DNA of 64,000 nt from Octopus vulgaris (taxonomy: Eukaryota). Below, in pieces: positions 13,339-24,500 of the stretch. The translations under genes and the position numbers were made by a program. The DNA is taken from contig OX597814.1 in assembly GCA_951406725.2 (NCBI GenBank), positions 89,404,001-89,468,000 on the forward strand. Reading direction: 5' to 3'. The notes under the pieces were generated by a model. The model was given only the letters and a program-made list of their open reading frames with translations, made no database searches and had not been told where the DNA came from. How positions within the stretch are numbered: position 1 is the stretch's first letter; each line of letters opens with the position of its first letter.

Positions 13339-15616
13339 TGTATATATATATATAATGCGGTTTTTTCAACAGCTTGAACTAAAAGTCAGAGGGGAATGGG
13401 ATAAACTACTTATATTAACTTGCTATAAAAGCAGGTAGTAATTTTATCTTGTCCTTATTCATAGTGCAAGTTTTGAAGAGTGCATTTCGATTTTAACAGC
13501 TATTTTTTTCAAAGCTATATTGGAACAGCCTAGAAGACGAGCCTCATCCTGAAAGATCTGTAGAACTCGACAAGGGCATCCTGAAAACCCTGGTGGAACA
13601 AAATCTCATCGTAACTGTTGAGGAACTAGCAGAGAAGCTTGGATTTGGTCATTCAACCATTCATTGAGACCTGTGTGCTATCGGAAAAGTCAGCAAATTG
13701 GGTCAATGGGTTCCTCACGAACTTTCCGAGTCTAATTACATGCAGAGAGTGAATGTATGCTTTTCTTTGCTGTCACATCTCACCACTACTGCGCTATGTA
13801 TATCTATATATATAAAACTGTAGTTGTGTGAGTGTCTGTCCCCTTCGATTTAGATTCCTAACTACTCCCACATTTTGCGGTGCAGTTTAACCAAATTCGG
13901 GTAGCTTATAGTCGTGATTCATATCGAGCCCGTCTGAGTATTAGCGCGCGTCTACGATAGTCTACGATTTTAAAAATAATTTAACATCATTTTTTATTCC
14001 ATTTTAATGCATAATTTTTCGTGTGTCGATGGCGGCGGAGTTGGCGTCCACGCTCACACCTGCACCTGTGGGGAAGGGAGTGCAAGGAAATCAACGTCGT
14101 AATGCGTTGTCAAGGAGACCAGCGTTCTTTTAGAACAACGACTTCATGGCTTGAAGACACCAAAACAGAAATGGCTAAGAAAGCGTCTACATGAGTCTAC
14201 GATTTAAAAAAAAATTTACCATCGTTTTTTTCCCATTTTAATGCATTTTTTCGCTATTATATAAGGGAAGTAACTCTCTAAAAATGTCTACGATGAGTCA
14301 ACGATTTTTCAAAAAATTTACCATCATATTTTTTCCATTTTTAATGCATTTTTTGCTATTTTTTGGCTATAACTCTCTAAAAATGCTTATATAGTTATTT
14401 CCCTTACAAACCCGAGCAACGCCGGGCGATACTGCTAGTATTAGATAAATTTTAATTTTCTTATGAATTTTACATGTTTCGGTTCTTGAAAAAACGAACC
14501 TTATCAAAAATATTATAAAAAGTGCAATGGAAAAGTTCATAATTGTTTCTTACTGGTCTCAATAGAATCCATGTTCTTGCAAAAACGAACCTTATCAAAT
14601 ATATTATAAAAAGTGCAATAGAAAAGTTCATAATCGTTTCTTACTGTTCTCAATAGAATCCATGTGGTGGTGTTTTGTCGGTAGTTGGTATAATCGCTAT
14701 ATTACTGTTGAGTGTAGTGAAGAAATATATATCTTTAAATAAATTTGAGTGGTGTTTCTCTGTCTGTTATGTTTTTATGTTCGTTAACTCCTCCTAGACT
14801 GTTTCCTAATCCCAGGAAATGTCCTAAGGGGATCTATGTTTTTAAGGGCCGCCCAGCTGGAGCTCCACTGATGCCCACCACTAATTTTGCTGCATTTAAA
14901 ACTAAATACATGGCATTGGCAACCATATTGGAGTAATGACAATGGATTTCATACCATGAACTCCCAGGGAGTATAGTAAGGAGGTTCAATTTCTGAAGGG
15001 CAGCTTAAATGGGGCCCCACTGACCTATTTTTACTGCATATACCTCGCTCCTACGCTTATTAATTAAACTATGATCACCATCAGCGCTTAGCGTATTTGC
15101 AGAAAAAAGTTTGGGCATTCTAAATACCTTCACATACATACCAATCAAGATAAAGAGTTATAGCAGGTATGTTTCAGGTGTGGTAGTGTGGATATTTATA
15201 TTTTGCAGTTTATGAAACTTATGTCTAGGTGGAAAACTAAAATCTTCCTGTTCCAGTTACAGTATCCAACTGAAATGGATCCTATTCATTTTATCTCAAT
15301 TTCATTTTGATATTTTTTTGGAAATGGTGAAGTGATGGAAAAATTATGATAGTTATAATAGTCATAGATTTCACCTGTTTAGTACAAATGGAGGTTCAAG
15401 TCTAAAAGTATGAAGTGAATTAATTACTACAGTGAGTTTGGAAGCACATATAACTTTGTGAAAGTGTCACAAATTTTCATCATCTGAATAAAATGAAAAA
15501 AAAAACATGGAAAATGGATTGCGAAGGCCTTAAAGGTGCCCTCCACAGGAGCCAGCCCGAATGCCACCCAAAGGGCAGCTTCAAGGCTAGTATATATATA
15601 TATATGTGTGTGTGAG

Positions 15617-15648
<32 letters not shown>

Positions 15649-17597
15649 TAAACAAAAATGAGCCAAGAGAAATAACTCAGAGTAGCCAGTGGTATGTATA
15701 TGAACAACATAGACAAATATAGGAATATCAGATACCATTCAATATAAATTCTTAATTTATTAAAATTATCCTTGCCTAAAGAGGATGCCGCAATTACCAA
15801 ATGGCAAATGAGAATAGTTCTGTATGAGTAAGGGAGATAATCAAGATTCAAGAATTCTTCACAGCTGATATGCTATTGAGGAAAAGGATAGGGTTAAGAG
15901 GATAGTAGTGGACACATGTTTCTATTTCACTAGATGTCATCAGCACGACAATTGCTCGACCTTACCTCCATAGCTAGGAGACTTAATTATATACAAAAGA
16001 AGTACAACACAATATGGGCCAAGGTAATTTGCATATGTATCAATACATCCTTCTATCTTGCAAGCTACATCTAATTCTTGTTATATGTGTGATTAAATGC
16101 ATTCCAGTGTTACTATTCAGTATTTTCACTAGGTGCAGTATATCCTTGAATGCATTAAGCAACATACCTTCCTGTGCAAGCGAAACCTAGAATCAAAGGG
16201 CCTTAAGGTTACATAAGAGGTGCAGTGGAATAATAGGAAGTTTATCAGAAAAGGTAGCATTTGTATGTGGAAGATACACAGGAGCCATAAAAACTACTGC
16301 TTTACTCAAGAAGACCCATCCACCACAGCAGAATTGAGACTAGTGCTGGTGACATAGAAAAAGCACCCAGCACACTCTGTGGGACGGTTGGCATCAGGAA
16401 GGGTATGCAGCTGTAGAACCCATGCTAGAACAATGGAGCCTGGTGCGGCCCGCAGGCTTACCAACTCTAGTCAAACTGTCCAACACAATTAGATTTATTT
16501 GTTAATTCTAATAGGATGTACGACTGTATTGAACAAGCTTAGGTATGCCATTTTGAAAGTCTAGAGAGATGCAGTTTGCTCGTGACTGGTGTAGAGATTT
16601 CTCTGGACTGATTAAATTTTTTTAAAAAATCCCTATGCAAGCTGATGCTAACCCTGGATCGGTTTTGAGAGGTGTTCCAGCCATGACCATATTGACTAGT
16701 ATTTTTGTGATCCTTCATCAAAAAATTCTTTCATGAAAAGCATTCTAACATTTGTTTTTCCTCAGACACCGTGTATCTAGGACAACATTACCCAATGTTC
16801 CTTTCCGTTTATTTTAAGACAGTTGAGTGTGATTTGAAAGGGAATTGCCTGCTATTTCTCGCAGGTCCAACAACAACGTTTAGATACTTTCTTGTTAGCT
16901 CTGTCAGGTGGATCTAACTAGAAAATAGGGTTAGAAAAGTTAACAAATAATTGGCGAACACGAAAAAAGTACAGCAAATGAAAATAACCTTACCTTTCAA
17001 AAGAAGACTCAGGAAAATTGGCTCTCATAATAACTTCTCCATCTCCGACAATCTTAACCATGGTGCCATCATCCAGTGGGCCATCACAATGCTGTTGATC
17101 ATATATAATAATTTTACAAACAACTGGACTGGATCGAAGTGGGAATATATAATACTAAAAAGATTTTGAATTAAATAGTATTTCATGTTGTTGATGATAT
17201 TAAATTATCTTCGAAAAATAACACATTTCAATAATTTAAGAGCGAAACTAATGTAAACAACTTTGTTATATTCGATTAACATGAAATTCTAATCAAGATC
17301 ATTTGTGTTTTGTAATCAATATCGTTGTTTCTTTTAATGAATTATTAAAAATAAGGTTGCATGGCAACCTCCTTTAGTTCTACAAATTTGGCGCTATATC
17401 TCTCTATCTATGAAACAAATGTCAATTTCAACGAGCAGACAAAACACTGTTCGTCTCTACTGTAATGCTCATTGTAACGGGGGAAGACAAATTATACAAA
17501 CCTTAAGTACTTGTAAAGTCTTAGCATGTTTAAGAGTTTGGTCGTTTAAGATGTATTGGATTAACCAAGGTCTAAGAGGATAAACTAATTTCGGCAT
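873..17597 (-). CDS. ACD: Shelterin TPP1/ACD-like protein (Est3/TPP1 OB-fold, acidic linker, POT1-binding-like region), spliced, ~299 aa in window
   Basis: Phase-compatible GT-AG exons: 17597-17502, 17091(or 17154)-16994, 11638-11551, 9981-9893, 7589-7533, 4682-4480, 2347-2321, 2089-1979, 1875-1811, 938-873/877. Translation: MPKLVYPLRPWLIQYILNDQTLKHAKTLQVLK|HCDGPLDDGTMVKIVGDGEVIMRANFPESSFES|LEETERACWERSLIRVTDWDIKLTLADTK|EKSDYIITIKVFDVWNNEEGYWPKYRLTPC|KFDLRIAKKISELWEEAES|AMLFRANSENIEEE...GNLTLLLKAMGEE...FVIKPEENKILEEIPEW. By eye this matches remembered human TPP1 motifs in order (LVLRPWIRELIL, LLEVLQ, LVSDGTHSVRC, DWEEKE, RLLLLQD, EFYLQVDRF, DLDVQKKL, LSLSQLLDEM, LCISENDQLILSSL). The 3' end is ambiguous: TAA at 875-873 or a donor at 877. 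Confidence 0.82.
1811..1875 (-). CDS. ACD: TPP1/ACD-like coding exon 9
   Basis: ttttttaaag|AATGG ... TCAAAA|gtaagt; phase 1 to 0, open. Confidence 0.75.
1979..2089 (-). CDS. ACD: TPP1/ACD-like coding exon 8
   Basis: ttttgttacag|ATTTAC ... CCTG|gttggt; 111 nt open, phase 1-1. Confidence 0.75.
2321..2347 (-). CDS. ACD: Candidate 27-nt microexon (VWGAILIPR) of the TPP1/ACD-like gene
   Basis: (TA)n-ttag|TGTGGG ... AAGAG|gtaaat; phase 1-1, frame-preserving. Confidence 0.5.
3579..3752. mobile_element. Degenerate palindromic MITE-like element
   Basis: aaggttgtttgt..gaccattggtttca..ttgtcag mirrored by ctgacaa..tgaaaccagtggtca..acaaacaacctt. Confidence 0.5.
4480..4682 (-). CDS. ACD: TPP1/ACD-like coding exon 6 (Glu-rich linker, NLTLLLKAM)
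   Basis: tatcag|TGCCATG ... TTGCG|gtaagt; overlaps ORF 4424..4678. Confidence 0.85.
4793..5127. mobile_element. MITE with ~75-bp diverged TIRs
   Basis: atgtttgatacc..aaatgttactacat..ccaggaaaac mirrored by gttttcctgg..atgtagtaacattt..gtatcaaacat. Confidence 0.55.
5925..7212. repeat. Near-perfect 230-bp inverted duplication (5925-6155 / 6981-7212)
   Basis: Arms are reverse complements, with about 2 differences seen. Confidence 0.95.
7533..7589 (-). CDS. ACD: TPP1/ACD-like coding exon 5
   Basis: ttccag|TAAATTC ... GAAAG|gtatgt; KFDLRIAKKISELWEEAE. Confidence 0.8.
8095..8455 (+). mobile_element. tRNA-derived SINE (family also at ~25405-25570, 26762-26910, 31230-31625, 50690-51030, 57045-57485; minus copies at ~2810-2955, 49820-49985)
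   Basis: Shared gtggtaagaag..ggttcagtcccactgcgtggcaccttgggcaagtg head and ggtgccccagcatggccg..gaaacaagtaaa tail. Confidence 0.75.
9893..9981 (-). CDS. ACD: TPP1/ACD-like coding exon 4
   Basis: Long pyrimidine tract, ttattag|GAGAAA ... CCATG|gtaaat; phase 0 to 2, open. Confidence 0.85.
10824..10960. repeat. 45-bp inverted repeat hairpin with 47-nt loop
   Basis: 10824-10868 vs 10916-10960, one mismatch. Confidence 0.9.
11551..11638 (-). CDS. ACD: TPP1/ACD-like coding exon 3
   Basis: tttatttag|CCTTGAA ... ACTAAA|gtgagt; phase 2 to 0, open. Confidence 0.85.
13420..13790 (+). mobile_element. Mariner transposase N-terminal relic
   Basis: Decayed frame LEDEP..LKTLVEQN..TVEELAEKLGFGHSTIH..IGKVSKLGQWVPHEL. 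Confidence 0.8.
13803..14438 (+). mobile_element. Non-autonomous Helitron-like element
   Basis: a|TCTATATATATAAAA start, internal repeats, 3' hairpin cccgagcaacgccggg then CTAG|t. Confidence 0.75.
14482..14665. repeat. Tandem duplication of an ~92-bp unit overlapping a degenerate hammerhead-like motif
   Basis: gttcttg..aacgaaccttatcaaa..tcaatagaatccatgt occurs twice. Confidence 0.8.
16994..17091 (-). CDS. ACD: TPP1/ACD-like coding exon 2 (alternative in-frame acceptor at 17154)
   Basis: caacag|CATTGT ... GAAAG|gtaagg; encodes IVGDGEVIMRANF. Confidence 0.8.
17502..17597 (-). CDS. ACD: TPP1/ACD-like coding exon 1 (MPKLVYPLRPWLIQYILNDQTLKHAKTLQVLK)
   Basis: ATG at 17597, 96 nt open, donor AAG|gtttgt; LRPWL..IL motif. 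Confidence 0.8.
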
Positions 17598-18162
17598 AAC
17601 AACACAGTTTTTGTCAGCTGTTAACAATCACATAGATACCGCCATTAGAATTTCGACTATTTATTCTCGAACTAAATAAAGAAATTAATTAAAAGTGATA
17701 CAGCTATTGTATTTATGTCTTGGTTGAAACTTTTTGATAAATAAAATTATTTTCAAAGTAAATCTAAGGATTTACTTTCACATTTATTTCCAGCAGAAAA
17801 AGAAACAGCAATAAGATTTAGCTTTTACTTTATTTAAAGACTATATATATATAAGGTAACTATAAAAAGTACACTGGATATAGCGAAAAACGAACTGAAA
17901 CTAGGTTGGAAATTTAACCTATTTTTTCTTCAAAATTTATGATTGCACACGAGTAAGGTATTGAGCATCCATCGCTTAATGCTCCTTCTGAACGTGAAAT
18001 TCATAATATATCGAATTTTGGTAAACTGAATCAGTTTCTTTATGTTGCAATATTTATCTCTCTACAGTAAGTTTTCTATATTGGCTCAAACTTGTGACGA
18101 ATCAATAAAATCTGTATCTCAGGAAGGTGCAACAGACACAACCTTCTTTAACATTTTTCTTG

Positions 18163-18175
18163 GTTACCAGGCAAC
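18163..18175. promoter_or_regulatory. RFX X-box-like palindrome GTTACCAGGCAAC upstream of the TPP1-like ATG
   Basis: Fits GTNRCC-N0-3-RGYAAC; a second near-match GTTGCATGGCAAC lies at 17356-17368. Confidence 0.4.
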
Positions 18176-18403
18176 CGAGCTACAACAGATCCAGGATGGT
18201 ATTTTAGTTTAGCTTCGTTATTATTCTTGAGGTGTAGAAGAGAAAGGCGAGAAAGAATTCGTTCTTGCCCGCAGATGTTAAGGTGTGCAACATTTCATCC
18301 GCCTTATGCCAGCTTTTTTAACCCCGCAGCTCTTGGTACGGGCATTACCTGGCCTATCTTCCCTAAGTAATTTTGGCGTCAGCTTCTCTGCTGGGGGTTT
18401 CTT

Positions 18404-20324
18404 CTATTCTTTAACAAGTTTGAAAAGTGTGGTAAATGCTGGGGAAAAAATTAGCATAAATTACAACGAATATTTTATAGTTTTTAGTTTCTTTTCATTA
18501 TTACCGTGTTTAGTATGAATGATATACACTTTTCATAGAGATGTGAATTATACACGATAACAAGTTTAATGCAATAGTAATTGCATGTTTTGTAATATGT
18601 ATATATTTCATAAATTATTTGAGTACCATCCTATAATGCATATTATGTAGAAATTTTTTTCGGGATTTTGAAGTCCAGAATTAAGTGTGTACTTAAATTA
18701 CGAGTGCTCATTGCACACCAATAAATACTGAATGTTCATTTATTCAGATCCATTTATAAGTTTGCTCTCACAGATGATTGGACTAAGTTGGACATATAGA
18801 CTATGCACATATAAAATACTAGAACAACTTTATTCATTTACGTATATCACACAATTTAAACTTTACATGTCCAATACTATAATATAGTAAATTAAGTATT
18901 GCTTGTTTCATGCTTATCTTCTTTGCATGTTCCTGGGAGGCTTCATACATATGTCATGACTCTGTGTTTCTCCCGATTACTGTAAAATGTGATTCCGTTG
19001 ATCAAATGTTATTGCAAGTTACTTGCGTGTTAATTTTTTTTTATACAGAGGTGGAGCCTTACAATTGACGATGGCTTAAAATTCAGTGCTAATGTTTCTC
19101 AGGGGATCTTTTCCTTTTGAACGGTAGTTTTCAACACAATTTCTAGTTAACTAAACACTTTTAAACTTCGTATACTGGTAGAATGTGTTTATAAAACATC
19201 ATTTTTTTCTTGGCTTTATTGAGAAAATTCTATATGTTGTAACATATTTCGACTTTAATTTCGAGCATTTCGGCAATTTTAACCAATCGCTGACCTCCAT
19301 TTAGGTAAACAACATTCCGTGCTGTATGAATATGTCCCTCGTTTAAGAAACAGATTGGGTTTATTTACATTTGTGAAGAAAAAAAGATACCCACCCCTAA
19401 CCCTAACCCTAACCATAACTCTAACCCTAACCCTAAAATAGATTGAAATGCAATAGATCGATACTAGGGTTATAATTATGTGTGACGATTTCGTACGACA
19501 CCACTACGGAAAATGGGATTTTTTTCTAGCGGTGCCAAATGAAATTGTCACCCATAATTATAACCCTAATATCGATCTATTGCATTTCAATCTATTTTAG
19601 GGTTAGGTTTAGAGTTATGGTTTGGAGTAGGGGTGGGTATCTTTTTTTCTTCGCAAATGTAAATAAACCCAATCTGTTTCTTAAACGAGGGACATATTCA
19701 TACAGCACGGAATGTTGTTTACCTAAATGGAGGTCAGCGATTGGTTAAAATTGCCGAAATGCTCGAAATTAAAGTCGAAATATGTTACAACATATAGAAT
19801 TTTCTCAATAAAGCCAAGAAAAAAATGATGTTTTATAAACACATTCTACCAGTATACGAAGTTTAAAAGTGTTTAGTTAACTAGAAATTGTGTTGAAAAC
19901 TGCCGTTCAAAAGGAAAAGATCCTTCTCAGGCAGTGATGTCATTAGAATGAGTGCCGCTCGAGGCAGTCCTTGTGTTTCCTACTGCTCTTCTTCCTATAC
20001 AGATTTATACAGCAGATGCAAAAGTGTCACCACTATAAAACATTACCTGGGACGGACATAATGATTAGTTTTTATCGATCCTGAAAAGATGAAAATCGAA
20101 GTCGACTGTGACTGGATCAGAACTCAGAACGTAAATACAGACTAAACGCCGCTAAGCATTTTGTTCGGTGTGTTGACAATTCTGCAGCTCGTTTTCATAT
20201 TGTGTATGCCAATAAATCTTTCTCATTTTGGCATAAAGCCAACAATTTTTAGATGGAGTGGTAGGAAGATTAGCCTTCAAAACGTAAATATCTGTATATC
20301 TGTATATATAAAAGCCATGATGTA

Positions 20325-20378
<54 letters not shown>

Positions 20379-20602
20379 TGAATGTAATTAATGCACGTCC
20401 ACAAATTAGCACGCATGTCGCTCCAATTTTAGGAGGACATTCGTCACGATCCTAGTAGTGTTTTAGTCAAATTATTTTCCCACGAGGCACCCGCGAATAG
20501 CGGTAAAAATAAATTTTCGACCATAACTTAACAATTTTCACAGCGGAGAAATCCACCATTGTTTATACAAACATGAGTTAAGTCCCCTTTTAGTGACGGT
20601 GT

Positions 20603-20675
<73 letters not shown>

Positions 20676-20782
20676 AGATTTTTAAAATTTCGTCTTTTTA
20701 CTGAGTGATTGACAGGCAAAAACAGACAGACAGGTGTTGTTATGTATGTATGTATGTGTGAATGGCTTCACACATACATATT

Positions 20783-20868
<86 letters not shown>

Positions 20869-21528
20869 ATATAAACGATATTCTCCGTTTCTCCACAACT
20901 AATTTCCAAATTAGCTGAATCCGTTACTCTACTCATAGCGATATATAGCTGGTCGTGCGTGAACATGGGAGAGAGCAGAGGTTACCAGAGCAAAAGACCT
21001 ACGTGCTGACTGTAGACACGCCCCTTCGCAAACGATCAGCTATTATTTTGTAAATAACGTTTCGAAACTGTCCATGTTTTCGAAAGGAGAGATCTGACTC
21101 TTTTTTACCATTACGCCTACCAATTTTGATGTATTTTGTTCAAACTTGATGCCAGCATTACTTAGGACTCATAGGATCTTTGAATGCTTTTAGTTCTCCA
21201 AAAACGAAAAAAAAAAAAGAAACAATCGATGAGTGGAAAAAATCGATAAACCGATTCCTTATGGGATTTCCCAATTAAATTGTCTGCAAAATTTCAGCCA
21301 AAAGTTTACCAATTTCAACGGATTTCACTCAAATTTGACGTCGATGTTACTTAGTTTGCTTTGAAATAAAGAGCTTGATTAGCTTAATAATCCTAACTTA
21401 ATCCCGACCAAAGCCGGGCTATACTGCTAGCTTGCTATAAAGGCTGTGGAAAGCATTCAGGACACAAAGACTAAGGACTGGGGATTTACGTAAAAACAAA
21501 ACACACACACACGCACACACGCATGCAC

Positions 21529-21591
<63 letters not shown>

Positions 21592-24500
21592 GCACACACA
21601 CACATGCACACACACACAAAACGTGTAAACAATAAAAAGCCCCCAGTGGGGGTGGACGTCACCCAAGGGCAACAATGGACCTCACAGATCCCGAGCCAGC
21701 CATTTCACCAGGAGTTCCAAAGCAAGAGCTCCTATCTCCTCTTTATTTCTCAGCCTACAGGCATCAGCTTAGAGTTGGTCCACTTACTCGAGTCATCCTC
21801 TTCACATTCACTCACCTTTCAACAAATTCATTGGAGGGCAGCACATATCCCTCGAACTTCACTTTCTTTTTCAGATAGTATTTTAAAACGAAGAGGAAAG
21901 TGTTTATCTTCAATTCTCTCAGTCCACCACACAACTACTTTCACTAACGATACTAGACATAAAAAAACTGTCCGAGCTTCCTGACCAAAATGAAGATGAA
22001 GAGGTGACCAATATAGCTGGATCCGTCCTACACTTGATAGTAGCTGCTTGACATAACTCCACAAATCAGCAATGCTGGAGCGTTGTATGAGCGTGTGTAG
22101 GTCGGTTTTGTTGCTCTGTGCGCATCTCGGGCAGGCTTGCGCGGATAACGGCACTAATATGTTTCCCCATCTTACCCAACAGAACTGCCAAGCCTGGAAT
22201 TTCTGGAAGTTATTCATGGACTCTGACTCGAAAGTTCTCTGGAAAAGACCAGACGCTCAAAGTTTTCCTGAAGACGCCATCGCTCTTACACACCACTAAC
22301 CTTCAATAGAATGCAATGGTGGAGCATCCACCGACCACATTGCCCGACAGGCAGAGGACTATGAGCACCTGACGGCACTCAAGGTGCCAGGTACCCTATC
22401 TCAGTCTATGCTAGATCCAAGACTGTATATTAAAGTGACGAGCTGCGGAAAAGCACGTCTAACAAATGGCGACCACACCTGCTCAACGTCAAAGAAAATG
22501 CGGAGAGATTGTTGCCTCAGCTCATGATTGTGCATCATTAATCCATCACGCCCAGTCTTCCAAGCAGAAGATGCTGACAGCAAATGGGTCGTTTGACAAG
22601 CGGGACGCATCCATTCCATAAAAAGCAGAACAGTGAGGTAGGCATTCGCCGCTTCCGTTTGACCCTTCAGAGATAGTTCCCTACCTGCCCTTGGTGAGGC
22701 TCTGATCAACTTGGAGGTCTGGACTAAGCCAAATCTCAAGCAACTTAACCAGTTCATCCGTTCTGCGCCTAATGGCGCTGTTGACTTGCTTTTCCAGGTA
22801 CAGAGCTGCTGGCTTAACGACTTTGGTTAATTTTTGCTTTTGTTACCGCCTCGCATTCCCTTAGGATAATCACCTCAATGTGTTTGGTGTTCAACACTAT
22901 TACGATGATGTCCGAATATGCATATGTGGAGCCTTTGCATCTTAGTTCTCCCGGGTTGCTCCTCGAAACCTTCAGCTTCTGCAGTAGTGACTCTTAGAGT
23001 CAGTTCCTACAGAAGAGTAGATGACGGTGGGGGGCATCTTTGACAGACCAATCGCATGATACCAAACAACTCCATCAGGTGGCCATTTAGTCTGGCCACC
23101 GAGCAATTGGCGCTGTACATTGCAGCAATCCAGCTTCTGAAGTCGGGACCGAAACCAGCTACCTTCAGGGCAGCCACCAAATATTGATGACCGACCCGAT
23201 CGAAAGCTTTCGACTGAACTAAACTGATTAAAGCCAAATTCTTTACCCGGCCTTTCTATGATGTATCATGCGAGATGGGGGTTGTTGTGGATCTGTTTGA
23301 TATTGCAAGTATCTGTATGCTGTCTGAGTATCGACGGCAAGCTCCATCATCTTGGTTAAGCATAATCTTCAAAGTTATGGGCCCAAATTTGTTAAAATCA
23401 CCCCACCTGTTGGGATCCTTTCTTAGCAGCACCACATCTCTTTTTGCAGGACTGGGAAATTTCCCGTTCTACTACCAGTTGCAGTAGACATCTACAGAGA
23501 GACCTCAGAACAAGTCTCGCGTATGATAAAAAAAGTTCGTAGAGTAGATCATCCAGCTCCGGCGACTTCCCCCACCTTGCAGACCGTCATCGTTTCCCGT
23601 ATTTCAGAAGTTGTTATCAGCTTTTCGCATAACTTTGCATCCACAGACGAGGTAGGCGGTAAAGCCCATTCCGTTTCTGGTCCACCGTCAGCCCAAAATA
23701 GTTGAGCAAAGTGCCACTGAAGATTCTCATACATCTGCTTGGAATCGAGTGGCTCGCCCTTCTTCCTTCTTCAAAAACCAAATTGTGGTTTTGTTGCCGC
23801 GTTGCTACTATGTCCTCCGGGTGAATCTAATAGCTTCCATCCCCTCATGCTCTAGCTCTGACAACACCGTCTTTAGCATTGAAGAGTCAATTAAGGGTTA
23901 ATTTCGCTGCCGGCACATCAGTCACAACGTCTTTTCCATTCGCCTTTTCTGGGTTGCTAACTAGCTCTCCTACTCCAGAATTATCTATCACTGTTTCTTT
24001 ACTAAAGCTAACTAACATTGAATGTTGACGATGTTGGTGTTGAGGGATTCTGCTTTTAATATTCCTATTGTTGGTGTCAGAGTTTTTTCTGAAAGTTATG
24101 TGTTTTTTTATTGCTGGTGTTCCTGACACTGATGTTGTTACTGTTGTTGCTCTTGTCTTTGGAGCCTCTACTGCTGTTGTTGCAGCCTCTGTGACTTTTT
24201 CTATTGCTGTTACTTCTGTCATTGCTGCTATTAGTGTGTTTTCCTACTTTTGTAGCTATGGGCTCTGTATTTGTTGCGTTGAGTGTCTCGTTTCTTTCTC
24301 AACTTAGTGGAAGGGGAGAGGAGGAGGAGAACGGGATCTTTTCCTTTTGAACGGCAGTTTTCAACACAATTTCTAGTTAATTAAACACTTTTAAACTTCG
24401 TATACTGGTAGAATGTGTCAAAATAAAACATTTTTTTCTCTTGGCTTTCTTGAGAAAATTGTAATTTGTAAGTTTAACGTAGTTTAATTTTTCGAATTTT

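Noticed and set aside
15966-15973. 8-nt ag|CTATGGAG|gtaagg microexon in the TPP1-like intron
   Set aside because: It would shift the frame, and the flanking exons already join correctly; cannot be supported without RNA data
18349-18438. 90-nt exon with an in-frame TGA as possible selenocysteine
   Set aside because: Another frame gives a normal terminal exon for the upstream gene; no SECIS or selenoprotein motif seen
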